Positions 49,422 through 58,343 are shown, numbered from the stretch's first letter. The stretch: 64,000 nucleotides of DNA from Gammaproteobacteria bacterium (GCA_024638385.1 JAHEKJ010000231.1:71835-135834); one strand, 5' to 3'. The notes: a model not told the origin generated them from the letters alone. Program-made: numbers and translations.

Positions 49422-49497
49422 TGGTGCCCAGGGGCGGAATCGAACCACCGACACGGGGATTTTCAGTCCCCTGCTCTACCGACTGAGCTACCTGGGC
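49422..49497 (-). tRNA. tRNA-Phe (anticodon GAA), CCA encoded
   Basis: Reverse complement: GCCCAGGTAGCTCAGTCGGTAGAGCAGGGGACTGAAAATCCCCGTGTCGGTGGTTCGATTCCGCCCCTGGGCACCA. Folds as a canonical cloverleaf: acceptor GCCCAGG/CCTGGGC, D arm GCTC/GAGC, anticodon stem GGGGA/TCCCC, T arm GGTGG/CCGCC. Confidence 0.95.
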
Positions 49498-49703
49498 ATG
49501 GGATCGCGGAAGCGCGTATTAAATCCGCGCGCGGGCGATCCGTCAAGTCCGGCGCGGCGCGCGGGCGGAAATCCCGCAAATTTCGCTAATCTGCGGCAAA
49601 TCATGCCGTTTATCGCCAAAATTAAGCCGTTTATTCGGCAAAACACGCTTTCTAGACCTGGTTCACCCCGCCGGCACAGGGATTTTCTATATGATGCGTT
49701 ACC

Positions 49704-49719
49704 GGTGTCGATCGACACC
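49704..49719. promoter_or_regulatory. Perfect 16-bp palindrome ggtgtcgatcgacacc upstream of the DUF4382 gene; candidate operator
   Basis: Self-complementary as read. It abuts the first in-frame ATG (49720) and lies 43 nt upstream of the more plausible TTG start. Confidence 0.4.
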
Positions 49720-49761
49720 ATGGCGAACTGCGCCACAACGGCGGGTCGAGGAAGAGCCTAC

Positions 49762-50712
49762 TTGAAATCGTCGGTCGCAATATTCAAACGCACGACCGCT
49801 CCAATCGCGGCGGCGCTGCTCGCACTCGGCCTCGCCGGTTGCGGCGGCGGTAGCGGCGGCGGTTCGTCGGGCGACGGCGCCGAGATGGGCGAGTTCTCGC
49901 TGCGCCTGACCGATGCGCCGTTCAACGAGGCAGCGGTCGTCAAGGTCACCTTCAAGGCCGTACACCTCCAACCCGCCGACGATGACGACGACTGGGTACG
50001 TCACGTACTGCCAGAGCCGCTGTCCGTCGACCTGATGACCCTGCAGGGCATGGCGGCGGCCGAACTCGTCGTCGACCTGCCGGTACCGACCGGCGACTAC
50101 AAGGAAATCCGCCTGCTGGTCGACGACAGCGACCCGGCGAACAATCAAATCGAACTGAACTTCGTGGGTGGCGGGCCTTTTCCCCTCGATATCCCAAGCG
50201 GCAGCTCTTCCGGCCTCAAGATCGAGGGGGATTTCACGGTCGGTGCGGAGCGGCCGACGACGCTGACCGCCGACATCGACCTGCTGCAGTCGCTGGTGCT
50301 GGTGGGCCCCGGCGATTATCGCCTGCACCCGGTCATCCGGCTGGTCGAAAACAGTGGTGCGGGCCACCTGCGCGGCAAGACCGATGTTTCGAAGCTGGAC
50401 GGCTCGACGACGAGCTGCTCCGACGGCGATCCGACCACGCACAATGCGGTCTATGTCTATGCAGGCCATGATGCCGATGTCGAGGATATCGACCAGTCCG
50501 ACAAGGACGACGACCAGCCGCTGACGACGGCGATGATCAAGCTGGATAAAAGCGGAGGTTACGTTTACGAGGTCGGATTCCTGCCCCCCGGCGATTACAC
50601 GCTTGCCTTCACCTGCAAGGCCGACCTCGAAAATCTGGACAGCGACGACGACTTGTCGTTCTTCGATATTCGGGACGTCACGATCCTGGTCAGTAACGTT
50701 CTGTTCCTCTAG
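49762..50712 (+). CDS. DUF4382-domain lipoprotein
   Basis: TTG at 49762, preceded by GAGGAAG, gives a lipoprotein signal (KSSVAIFKRTTAPIAAALLALGLAGC). An alternative ATG lies at 49720. DUF4382 pattern: LRLTDAP, DLMTLQG, GDYKEIRLLV, PSGSSSGLKI. The 445-aa track ORF overlaps the tRNA and was trimmed. Confidence 0.7.
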   Translation: MKSSVAIFKRTTAPIAAALLALGLAGCGGGSGGGSSGDGAEMGEFSLRLTDAPFNEAAVVKVTFKAVHLQPADDDDDWVRHVLPEPLSVDLMTLQGMAAAELVVDLPVPTGDYKEIRLLVDDSDPANNQIELNFVGGGPFPLDIPSGSSSGLKIEGDFTVGAERPTTLTADIDLLQSLVLVGPGDYRLHPVIRLVENSGAGHLRGKTDVSKLDGSTTSCSDGDPTTHNAVYVYAGHDADVEDIDQSDKDDDQPLTTAMIKLDKSGGYVYEVGFLPPGDYTLAFTCKADLENLDSDDDLSFFDIRDVTILVSNVLFL

Positions 50713-50772
50713 AGCGGTCTCGGTTTTCCGGCGCCCCGAAGGATCGACCCGGCGAGGTAACTGCTAATACTC

Positions 50773-52782
50773 ATGTTCCGTCTCAAGGCAATTCTCCCGA
50801 CGATACTCGCGCTCGCGCTTGCCAGCGCCGGGTCCGCGGCGGCGCAACAGCTGGACGACGCCGGACTCGAGGCGCTGCTCGAAATTCTGGACCAGCAAAC
50901 CACCCTCGCGACCAGCAGCAAGCTCAACGCCGATTTCGTCCCCGGCATGGTCAGCGTGCTGAGCGCGCGCGAGCTCGAACGCCGCGGCCTGCGCGACCTG
51001 TGGGAAGCACTCGACCTGCTACCCGGCGTGCGCACCTATCTCAACGCCACCGGCATGCGCGCGATCACGGTACGCGGCATCGGCGACCTGTTCGAACCGG
51101 GCAAGGTCAAGCTGCTGCTCAACGGCGTGCCGCTCAACGCGTCGGCGAGCGCGACCACCGGCACGATCTTCGATACCCCGGTTGCGCAGATCGAGCGCAT
51201 CGAGCTGATCCGCGGCCCGGGCTCGGCCGTGCACGGCGAATTCGCCTATGCCGGCGTTCTCAATGTCATCACGCGCAAAGACATCACCCAATATGCCGCC
51301 GGCCTCGAGACCGGCGGCGGCAGCGCGGCGGCGTTATTCGATTTGACTCCGCCAAGCGGCGACTTCGAGGCGAGCCTGAATCTCGCGGTGCGCGCGAGCG
51401 ATGGCGAGGATATCGATTCCGGGCGCGATCGTGCCGGAGCCCTGCCGAGCAATGCGCCCGGTTCGATCAACAACCGACGAGAATTCGTTTCCGCGATCCT
51501 CGACGTCGAGGCCGGCGACTGGCACGGGCTCGTCCAGCTGCAGCGGCTCGGCCGGGGCGATTATTTCGGCAGCAACGACCTGTTGTCGCCCGACGCCTCG
51601 GGCGAGATCATCGTCCACGAAACGTTTTCCGCCGTACTGACCCGGAACTTCGGCTTCGGCGACGGTATCGACGGCGCCTGGACGCTCGGCGCGCTATACA
51701 ACCGGAGCGACAAGGACGGCCTGTTTCTCGGACCTCCCGAGGCCTTCGGCGGGCTGGCCGGCGACGCCGACGTGTTCGCCGATTCCGTGCTCGAGGAACG
51801 GCGGCTCGACGCCAAAGTCAGCCTGCGGGCGGTGCGCGGCGCGCATACCTGGTACGGCGAACTGTCGGGCGCATTGGTCAAGGCGCTCGAGTCCGAGCAG
51901 TCCGGCAACCTGGACCCGGACAATCCCAACCTCATTTCGCCGACGATCAACGATTTGCCGACACCGGTCGATGCCGGCGACGAGCGCAGGTCGATTAGCC
52001 TCGTACTGCAGGACGAGTACCGAATCGACGCCCTGACGACCCTGACTACCGGGCTGCGCCTCGACGACTACGAACACGTTGGCGAGCACCTGTCGCCGCG
52101 TATCGCGCTAGTGCATCGCTACGACGATAACCACGTCTTCAAGACCCAGCTGGCGCGCGCGTTTCGACCGCCGTCACTCATCGAGGAAGCGGGCGCGATC
52201 GGCGACATCGACCCCGAAATCAACGACACGATCGAGTTCGGCCATATCTTCGAGCGTGGCGACCGGGTCTTGCGCAACACGCTCTACTACACCCGTCTCG
52301 ACGACCTGATCTGGTTCCAGGACAGCCCGCCGTTCGGCTACCGCAACGTCGGCTCGCAGGAGCTGACCGGCTACGAAGTCGAACTCGAGCAAACCCTGGC
52401 CCCCGACTGGGACCTCAACGCGAGCCTGTCGCTACAGGACTATGCCGACGAGGGCCTGCCCGGCGAGACGCCGTGGATGCTAAAGCTCGGCATCGGCTAC
52501 ACGCTGGCGCCGCTGACCGATCTCTACGTGCAGCTCAACGCGATCGGCGAGCGCGATCGTGCAGAGGAGGACGCGCGCGGCGATTTCGAGCAGACGGCCC
52601 GGCTCGACCTGGCGCTACGCCGCCGGAATCTCGCCGGCGTCGGCGGACTCGATCTGCGTGCCGGTATCCGAAATTTGCTCGACGAGCGGCTCGAGTACCC
52701 GTCGCCGGCGGACACCTATCCCGGCGACTATCCCTACAGCGACGGCGCGCTGATATGGCTGCAACTGGTGTACCGGCCGTGA
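50773..52782 (+). CDS. TonB-dependent receptor
   Basis: 669 aa with a signal peptide. Plug-domain pattern (VSVLSARELERRGLRDLWEALDLLPGV, IERIELIRGPGSAVHGE) and a C-terminal beta-barrel ending in an aromatic-rich strand. Confidence 0.85.
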   Translation: MFRLKAILPTILALALASAGSAAAQQLDDAGLEALLEILDQQTTLATSSKLNADFVPGMVSVLSARELERRGLRDLWEALDLLPGVRTYLNATGMRAITVRGIGDLFEPGKVKLLLNGVPLNASASATTGTIFDTPVAQIERIELIRGPGSAVHGEFAYAGVLNVITRKDITQYAAGLETGGGSAAALFDLTPPSGDFEASLNLAVRASDGEDIDSGRDRAGALPSNAPGSINNRREFVSAILDVEAGDWHGLVQLQRLGRGDYFGSNDLLSPDASGEIIVHETFSAVLTRNFGFGDGIDGAWTLGALYNRSDKDGLFLGPPEAFGGLAGDADVFADSVLEERRLDAKVSLRAVRGAHTWYGELSGALVKALESEQSGNLDPDNPNLISPTINDLPTPVDAGDERRSISLVLQDEYRIDALTTLTTGLRLDDYEHVGEHLSPRIALVHRYDDNHVFKTQLARAFRPPSLIEEAGAIGDIDPEINDTIEFGHIFERGDRVLRNTLYYTRLDDLIWFQDSPPFGYRNVGSQELTGYEVELEQTLAPDWDLNASLSLQDYADEGLPGETPWMLKLGIGYTLAPLTDLYVQLNAIGERDRAEEDARGDFEQTARLDLALRRRNLAGVGGLDLRAGIRNLLDERLEYPSPADTYPGDYPYSDGALIWLQLVYRP

Positions 52783-53366
52783 GCGCTCGGCCCAAAACCG
52801 CAGCCCTGCGCAGCGTCACTGCACGCTGCCTGCTCATGCTCGCGCTCGCTGCGCAACCGTTGACCGCGTCGCATTCGCAGGCCCAGCAAAATCTCGAGCC
52901 GCGACTGCAGATCGGAATCGGCCTGCTGCCGGCGGTGCTGGCGGCCGACCAGACGCACGCCGCGGGCGGTAGCATGGCCGGGGTCGCGGTCTACCTGGTC
53001 TACCTGAACGATCGCCACGTCGCCGAACAGTTGCGCGCCCACCTCGAACACGTCGAGGCAATTCGGCAAAGCCCGGTGGTGCCGGTCGTCATTTCGCTCG
53101 ACGAATTGCTCGACGACAACCCGGCGCCGCACAGCGCGGTCTTCATCGCGGAACCGCTGGGTGCGCGCCTCGACGAAGCGATCGAATTCACGGCCGGGCG
53201 CCGACAACTGCTGTTCTCGCCGTTCAAGGGTGACGTCGAGCGCGGCGTCGCCGCCGGTTTCCGCGTCAGCGACAAGATTCTGCCGCACGTCAATCTCGCG
53301 GCGCTGAAGCGGTCGAAGATTCAACTAAAGGCGTTTTTTCTGCGCATCGCGGTGAAACATGAGTAA
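52779..53366 (+). CDS. YfiR-like (DUF4154) periplasmic protein
   Basis: A GTG at 52779 overlaps the receptor stop as GTGA (alternative ATG at 52755). Signal peptide ARCLLMLALAAQPLTA. C-terminal LLFSP...GVAAGF...NLAALKRSKIQLKAFFLRIA resembles the YfiR/DUF4154 pattern. Assignment is from memory only. Confidence 0.45.
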   Translation: MSARPKTAALRSVTARCLLMLALAAQPLTASHSQAQQNLEPRLQIGIGLLPAVLAADQTHAAGGSMAGVAVYLVYLNDRHVAEQLRAHLEHVEAIRQSPVVPVVISLDELLDDNPAPHSAVFIAEPLGARLDEAIEFTAGRRQLLFSPFKGDVERGVAAGFRVSDKILPHVNLAALKRSKIQLKAFFLRIAVKHE

Positions 53367-55314
53367 ACAGAATTTTCTCGGGAGCCTGTCTCCGACGATG
53401 GATCTCAGGTACTCGATGCTGTTCCTGATCGTCGGCGTTATCATCATTTCGCTGTCCGTCTGGAACTGGCACTACGACATTCGCCCGCGGCTGGTCAGCG
53501 AGGCCGAATCGAACGCCCGGGTGCTCGCCGCGTCGCACGCCAAGTCGATCGAGGCGCAGTTTCAGAACGTCACCGGCAAGGCAGACATTTCGATCATCCA
53601 CAACTCGATCAACGAGATGCTGCTGATCAACGATCCGAACACCGGCGAGACCCTCTACCGGGGTATCGAGCTCGAGGTCGACTACGACGTTTTCCCCGAC
53701 GACTACGAACTCACCAACCTGTCGGTCGGCAACACCGCGTGCACCGAGTGCATCGTCACCGAGAACCCGGTCTTCATTCACCGGACCGGTGAGCTCGCGG
53801 CGATTCTGCGGGTCTATGCCAACCCCGTGTTCTACCAGCGCCTGGTCGACGACATCGTCGACGCCCTCGCGGTCATGCTGATCGGCGTCGTCGCGGTGCT
53901 CGTGATCGCCTGGCTGACGTCCAACCGGTTGCTCAATAGCCTGAGGTCGCGGGAACGCAGCCTGATGTTCGAGGTCGCCGAGCGCAAGGCGGTCGAGGCG
54001 CGGCTACAGCAGATCGCGGCCTACGATCCGTTGACCAACCTGCCGAACCGCTACCTGCTACAGACGGATTTCACGCGCAAGCTCGAGGAATCCTCGCGCC
54101 ACAAGAAAATGCTGGCGACGCTGTTTTTCGACATCGATCATTTCAAGGAGGTCAACGACGTGCACGGCCACGAGGCCGGCGACCGGCTGCTGGAGGAAGT
54201 CGCGTCACGGATCTCCGACGTCACGCGTAACTACGACCTGCTCGCGCGCTTCGGCGGCGACGAGTTCGTCATGATCATGTCCAACGTCGACAACCGGTCC
54301 GACGTGATCTACGTCGCCGAGAAAATCATTTCGAGCTTCAAACCGTCGTTCGTGATCAACGACACGCCGCTGCAGGTGACCACCAGCATCGGCATCAGCA
54401 TTTTCCCCGAGGATGGCAGCGACCCATCGGAACTGCTGAAAAACGCCGACCTCGCTATGTACCGCGCCAAGGCCGAGGGCCGCAACGGCTACCAGTTCTT
54501 CAATGCCGAAATGAACCTCGAGCTGCAGTTTTCGCAATGGGTCGAATCGAACCTGCGCGAAGCGCTCGACAACGGCGAGCTCGAGCTGCATTTCCAGCCG
54601 CAGGTCAACCTCGATACCGGCAAGGTCGTTTCCTGCGAGGCGCTGATTCGCTGGCCGCAGCAAGACGGCGACAAGGTCAGCCCGGCGGATTTCATTCGCA
54701 TCGCCGAACGCTCCGGGCTGATCAACGACATTTCCACCTGGGTTTTCAACGAAGCCTGCCGCACGCTCAATCGCTGGACCGACGAAGGTTTCGACACGGT
54801 ACGCGTCGACATCAATCTCTCGGGCAAGGACTTCATCGAAAAGGGCGTGCTCTACCGTTTCCTGCAAACCCTGCGCAAGTACCAGCTGCAACCGCACCAG
54901 ATCGGTATCGAGATCACCGAGAACGTGTTGCTGGAATCGACCGAGCAGGTCATCAAGTCGCTGTCGGTGCTGCACAACTCGGGGGTGCACATCTCGATCG
55001 ACGACTTCGGCACCGGTTTCTCGTCGCTGAACTATCTCAAGAAGCTGCCGCTGTCGGGCATCAAGATCGACCAGAGCTTCATCCACGAAGCGCCTAGTAA
55101 CAAGGACGACCTGATCATCATCCAGGCGATTACGCTGGTCGGGCACGGCTTCGGCCTCGACGTCGTCGCCGAGGGCGTCGAGACCGAATGGCACCAGTCG
55201 CTGTGCAAGGGCGTCGGCTGCAACACGATGCAGGGCATCTTCGTGTCGAAACCGCTGCCGGCCGACGAGTTCGCCGACCGCTACCTGAAGCGCATCGACA
55301 GCAAGGCCGAATAG
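53359..55314 (+). CDS. Inner-membrane GGDEF-EAL protein with ~145-aa periplasmic loop
   Basis: 651 aa with two TM segments. GGDEF (ARFGGDEF with RNYD I-site) and EAL (CEALIRW, DDFGTGFSSLNYL). 8-nt overlap with the upstream gene. Confidence 0.9.
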   Translation: MSKQNFLGSLSPTMDLRYSMLFLIVGVIIISLSVWNWHYDIRPRLVSEAESNARVLAASHAKSIEAQFQNVTGKADISIIHNSINEMLLINDPNTGETLYRGIELEVDYDVFPDDYELTNLSVGNTACTECIVTENPVFIHRTGELAAILRVYANPVFYQRLVDDIVDALAVMLIGVVAVLVIAWLTSNRLLNSLRSRERSLMFEVAERKAVEARLQQIAAYDPLTNLPNRYLLQTDFTRKLEESSRHKKMLATLFFDIDHFKEVNDVHGHEAGDRLLEEVASRISDVTRNYDLLARFGGDEFVMIMSNVDNRSDVIYVAEKIISSFKPSFVINDTPLQVTTSIGISIFPEDGSDPSELLKNADLAMYRAKAEGRNGYQFFNAEMNLELQFSQWVESNLREALDNGELELHFQPQVNLDTGKVVSCEALIRWPQQDGDKVSPADFIRIAERSGLINDISTWVFNEACRTLNRWTDEGFDTVRVDINLSGKDFIEKGVLYRFLQTLRKYQLQPHQIGIEITENVLLESTEQVIKSLSVLHNSGVHISIDDFGTGFSSLNYLKKLPLSGIKIDQSFIHEAPSNKDDLIIIQAITLVGHGFGLDVVAEGVETEWHQSLCKGVGCNTMQGIFVSKPLPADEFADRYLKRIDSKAE

Positions 55315-55469
55315 CCGCAGGTCCGGAGTAATCGAATTCGTTTTGACCACCGGAGAGATTGCGCGGTCCGGCGTCCCGGCTCGGGGCCGTAATGACCGGG
55401 TAAATTCGTCGTTTCGATGAGCGTTTGCATTGCGATACGACGGCGCTACACTGGCAGACCGATTTAGGG

Positions 55470-56558
55470 ATGCTAAGCCAGATGCCCGATACGTATCGAC
55501 TCGTCGAAACCGCGTTGCAGGAACCGCTGGACAACGGCGACGTCGTCTGCAACCTGTGCCTGTGGCGTTGCCGCCTGCGGCACGGCCAGCGCGGTTTTTG
55601 CCAGGCGCACGTCAATCGCGGCGGCACGCTCTACAACCTGTCATACGGCATCGTCTCGGCGATCGAGGTCGAGTCGATTCGCAACAAGCCGGTCTATCAC
55701 TACCGCCCGGATTCGACCGTCATGTCGATCGGTTCCTACGGCTGCAACTTCCGCTGCAAGGGTTGCCACAACCTCGAGATATCCTGGGGCGTCGAAGCGC
55801 TCGACCGGCTCGCCCGCGGGCAGTCGACCGACGCCTGGGTCACGCCCGAGGCGATGGTCGAAACCGCGCTGAAGCACGGCGTCGACGGAATCGCCTTTAC
55901 CTATTCCGAGCCGGCGGTCTGGCTCGAATACGTGCTCGACGTATCGCGGCTGGCCCACGACGCGGGGCTTTTCACCGTCTACGTATCGAACAGCTTCGTT
56001 ACCGACGAGGCGCTCGAGCTGATGGCGCCGCACATCGATGTGCTTTGCTCGGACATCAAGAGCCTGTCGGCCGAATTTTACCGCGACATCTGCCCTGTGA
56101 GCACGGTCGAGCATGTGCTCGATTCGATCCGCCGTGCGCACGAACTCGGCATTCACGTCGAAACGCGTACCAACGTGATTCCGACGAAAAACGATGACCT
56201 CGAAGAGCTGCGCCGCATTGCCGAGTGGATTCGCGACCACCTCGGGGTCGATTCACCATGGCACGTGACCAAATTCTTCCCGGCTTACAAGCTCGCCCAC
56301 CTGCCTCCGACCGACAACGCGATTATCGACGCGGCGGCCGCGGCCGGGCGCGAGCTCGGCCTGCAACACGTTTACGCGCACACCGACATTTCCTGCGACT
56401 GCGCGAGCGAAAACGCCCCCGTGTCGGCCTGGTTCGAGCTCGATCCTGCGGAGCTTTCGGCGGTCAAGAAATGCGCCGCCGCCTGTTGCGGCGACGAGGG
56501 CATACTCGTCAAAAAGTTCGAGCGCGAAGCCGACCTGCTCGGCGAGAAAGCCTCCTGA
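55470..56558 (+). CDS. AmmeMemoRadiSam-system-type radical SAM enzyme
   Basis: N-terminal Cys cluster CNLCLWRCRLRHGQRGFC, then CNFRCKGCHN (CX3CX2C) and IAFTYSEP. Start uncertain (ATG at 55470 or 55482; the track ORF starts at 55425). Confidence 0.75.
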   Translation: MLSQMPDTYRLVETALQEPLDNGDVVCNLCLWRCRLRHGQRGFCQAHVNRGGTLYNLSYGIVSAIEVESIRNKPVYHYRPDSTVMSIGSYGCNFRCKGCHNLEISWGVEALDRLARGQSTDAWVTPEAMVETALKHGVDGIAFTYSEPAVWLEYVLDVSRLAHDAGLFTVYVSNSFVTDEALELMAPHIDVLCSDIKSLSAEFYRDICPVSTVEHVLDSIRRAHELGIHVETRTNVIPTKNDDLEELRRIAEWIRDHLGVDSPWHVTKFFPAYKLAHLPPTDNAIIDAAAAAGRELGLQHVYAHTDISCDCASENAPVSAWFELDPAELSAVKKCAAACCGDEGILVKKFEREADLLGEKAS

Positions 56559-56745
56559 CTTACCGCGTCCGGGCGATACGCCAACCGTCGAACAACTAGT
56601 TCGACTGGCGCTCGCCACCGGCATCTTCAAGACACCGTCCCAGCCCCGATTTCACGATTCGTGGGTTTGGGTGTACACTACTAGGTCCGCACAAAGCCTC
56701 AACCAGGGGAAAGGGAATGATTCCCGTCGACACTGGAGGTATATC

Positions 56746-57315
56746 GTGGATATAAAAATACTTAAAATTCCAGGGATGGTGGTAATGCTCATGTTCGTGA
56801 GTATGCAATCCTTCGCTTATCACAACCTCGCTGGAGGCCCGATCATCGTCAACGGAGAGGAGCTCGACAAGCACCAGGGCCGCGCCCTGCTGATTCTCTA
56901 TGGCCAGATCCCGGCCGGCAATTACTGGTACGATCCGACGTCCGGCCTGTGGGGCAGGGTCGGCGGTCCTGGCGACGGTCAGCTTCTGCCCAACATGGGT
57001 ATCGGCGGCAAGCTCGACCCCGGGGCTTCCGGCGGCGACACCGACGTTTTCGTCAACGGCCGCGAAATCCACATTCAGGAACTGAACCGTTTACAGGAAC
57101 TTTACGGTGAGGTGCAACCCGGACGTTACTGGATGAATGCCAGGCTCGTCGGCGGACGCGAGGGCGAACCCGCGATCTTCAATCTGAACGCCGCCACCGG
57201 CAACCAGACTGCCGGTTACAACCAGAACACGGCGGGCGGCGGACTGATGAGCGACGGCAGCTGCGCCGGTTACCTGCACCCGGAGGGTGCGACGGTCCTG
57301 ACCGGCAATTGTTAG
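56746..57315 (+). CDS. Hypothetical secreted Gly-rich protein
   Basis: GTG at 56746 lies 6 nt after GGAGG. Signal peptide ILKIPGMVVMLMFVSMQSFA. No family recognised. Confidence 0.5.
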   Translation: MDIKILKIPGMVVMLMFVSMQSFAYHNLAGGPIIVNGEELDKHQGRALLILYGQIPAGNYWYDPTSGLWGRVGGPGDGQLLPNMGIGGKLDPGASGGDTDVFVNGREIHIQELNRLQELYGEVQPGRYWMNARLVGGREGEPAIFNLNAATGNQTAGYNQNTAGGGLMSDGSCAGYLHPEGATVLTGNC

Positions 57316-57424
57316 AAGCTTACGCCGGGTCCGGCACGCGGGCCCGGCCCTTCTTCCGGGTTTCCGTCGACCTCGCTTCGAATTCAATCGGCCGGTCGGA
57401 AAACGGGCCCGTCCCGAATAACGA

Positions 57425-57745
57425 TCAATCCAGGGTAACCGCGGTACCGCTGACGCTGACCATCAACATGCCGCCCTGCGAACCGACCGTTTCGTAGTCG
57501 ATATCGATGCCGACGACGGCATTGGCGCCGAGATCCTGCGCCTGCTCGGTCATTTCCTCGAACGCGATCCGGCGCGCCTTCTGCAATTCCTGCTCGTAGG
57601 CCGCCGAGCGCCCGCCGACGATGTCGCGAATGCCGGCGAAGAAATCCTTGAAGATGTTCGCGCCGAGGATGGCTTCACCGGTTACGACGCCGTGGTACCG
57701 GGCGATGGATTTTCCCTGAATTTCGGGCGTGGTCGAATGCAGCAT
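57425..57745 (-). CDS. YbjQ-family (UPF0145) protein
   Basis: Start taken at [12 protein letters not shown]. Contains [29 protein letters not shown], a YbjQ signature. Confidence 0.85.
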   Translation of the reverse strand: MLHSTTPEIQGKSIARYHGVVTGEAILGANIFKDFFAGIRDIVGGRSAAYEQELQKARRIAFEEMTEQAQDLGANAVVGIDIDYETVGSQGGMLMVSVSGTAVTLD

Positions 57746-57857
57746 GTCTCTCTCCTGTGCAATTGATCCGCGAATTCTACCTCGCACCCGCAATACCCGG
57801 GTGGATGCCGGCCGCGCGGACGCGATTCTGAATCAGCGCGGAGAGCTTGCCGGCGTT

Positions 57858-58343
57858 TCAGCGAGCCCGGTGGCAGGCCGTGCAGCTGCCGGCGAGTCGA
57901 CCCAGGGCGAAGTAGTTGGGCGGATCGGCGCTCGCATTGCGAATCGCCATGTTCAGATCGACCTTGAACGCGTCGATGTATTCGTCGACCAGGAGATGGT
58001 TGGTCTCGACGTTGCCGGCGCCGAGCTCGTCGGTAATATCGTCGATGCGGTTGAGCATCACGATGATCTCGGCCTGTTGCGCGCTGCTGATCGTCGTATC
58101 GTCGGCCAGGATTTCGTCGATCCGGCGCAGGTAGAGGCTCATCGACGCCATCCGGCTAACGACCTGCTTGCGTTCGAGGTAAACGAAATCCGGCGGGTAA
58201 GTCACCTTGCGCAGCTGAGCGCAAGCAGCCAGTAGCGTGCCCAGGATCAAAGCGATCAGGATCCTGTTTGCGACGCCTCCGGAAATTCGCCGTCCCGAGG
58301 GCGGCGCTACGATTCGGTCAGGTTTCAAGCGCAATACCTCCAT
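57858..58343 (-). CDS. Putative lipoprotein class II c-type cytochrome (cytochrome c'-like)
   Basis: Lipobox LLAAC, predicted helical body, and a single CxxCH (CTACH) four residues from the C-terminus, as in class II cytochromes c. Start uncertain (the track ORF runs to 58376). Confidence 0.45.
   Translation of the reverse strand: MEVLRLKPDRIVAPPSGRRISGGVANRILIALILGTLLAACAQLRKVTYPPDFVYLERKQVVSRMASMSLYLRRIDEILADDTTISSAQQAEIIVMLNRIDDITDELGAGNVETNHLLVDEYIDAFKVDLNMAIRNASADPPNYFALGRLAGSCTACHRAR

Larger units (their letters stand above)
38734..49497. mobile_element. tRNA-Phe-associated genomic island, no recognisable integrase (probably immobilised)
   Basis: Intact tRNA-Phe at one end and a same-orientation 46-nt copy of its 3' half at the other. 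Lower G+C by hand spot counts. Decayed gene fragments at both ends. Cargo is typical of distant taxa. Confidence 0.65.

Noticed and set aside
49375-49761. N-terminal 129 codons of the 445-aa ORF
   Set aside because: This portion overlaps the tRNA-Phe gene on the opposite strand and has no protein-like features. A TTG at 49762 with an RBS gives a proper lipoprotein signal.
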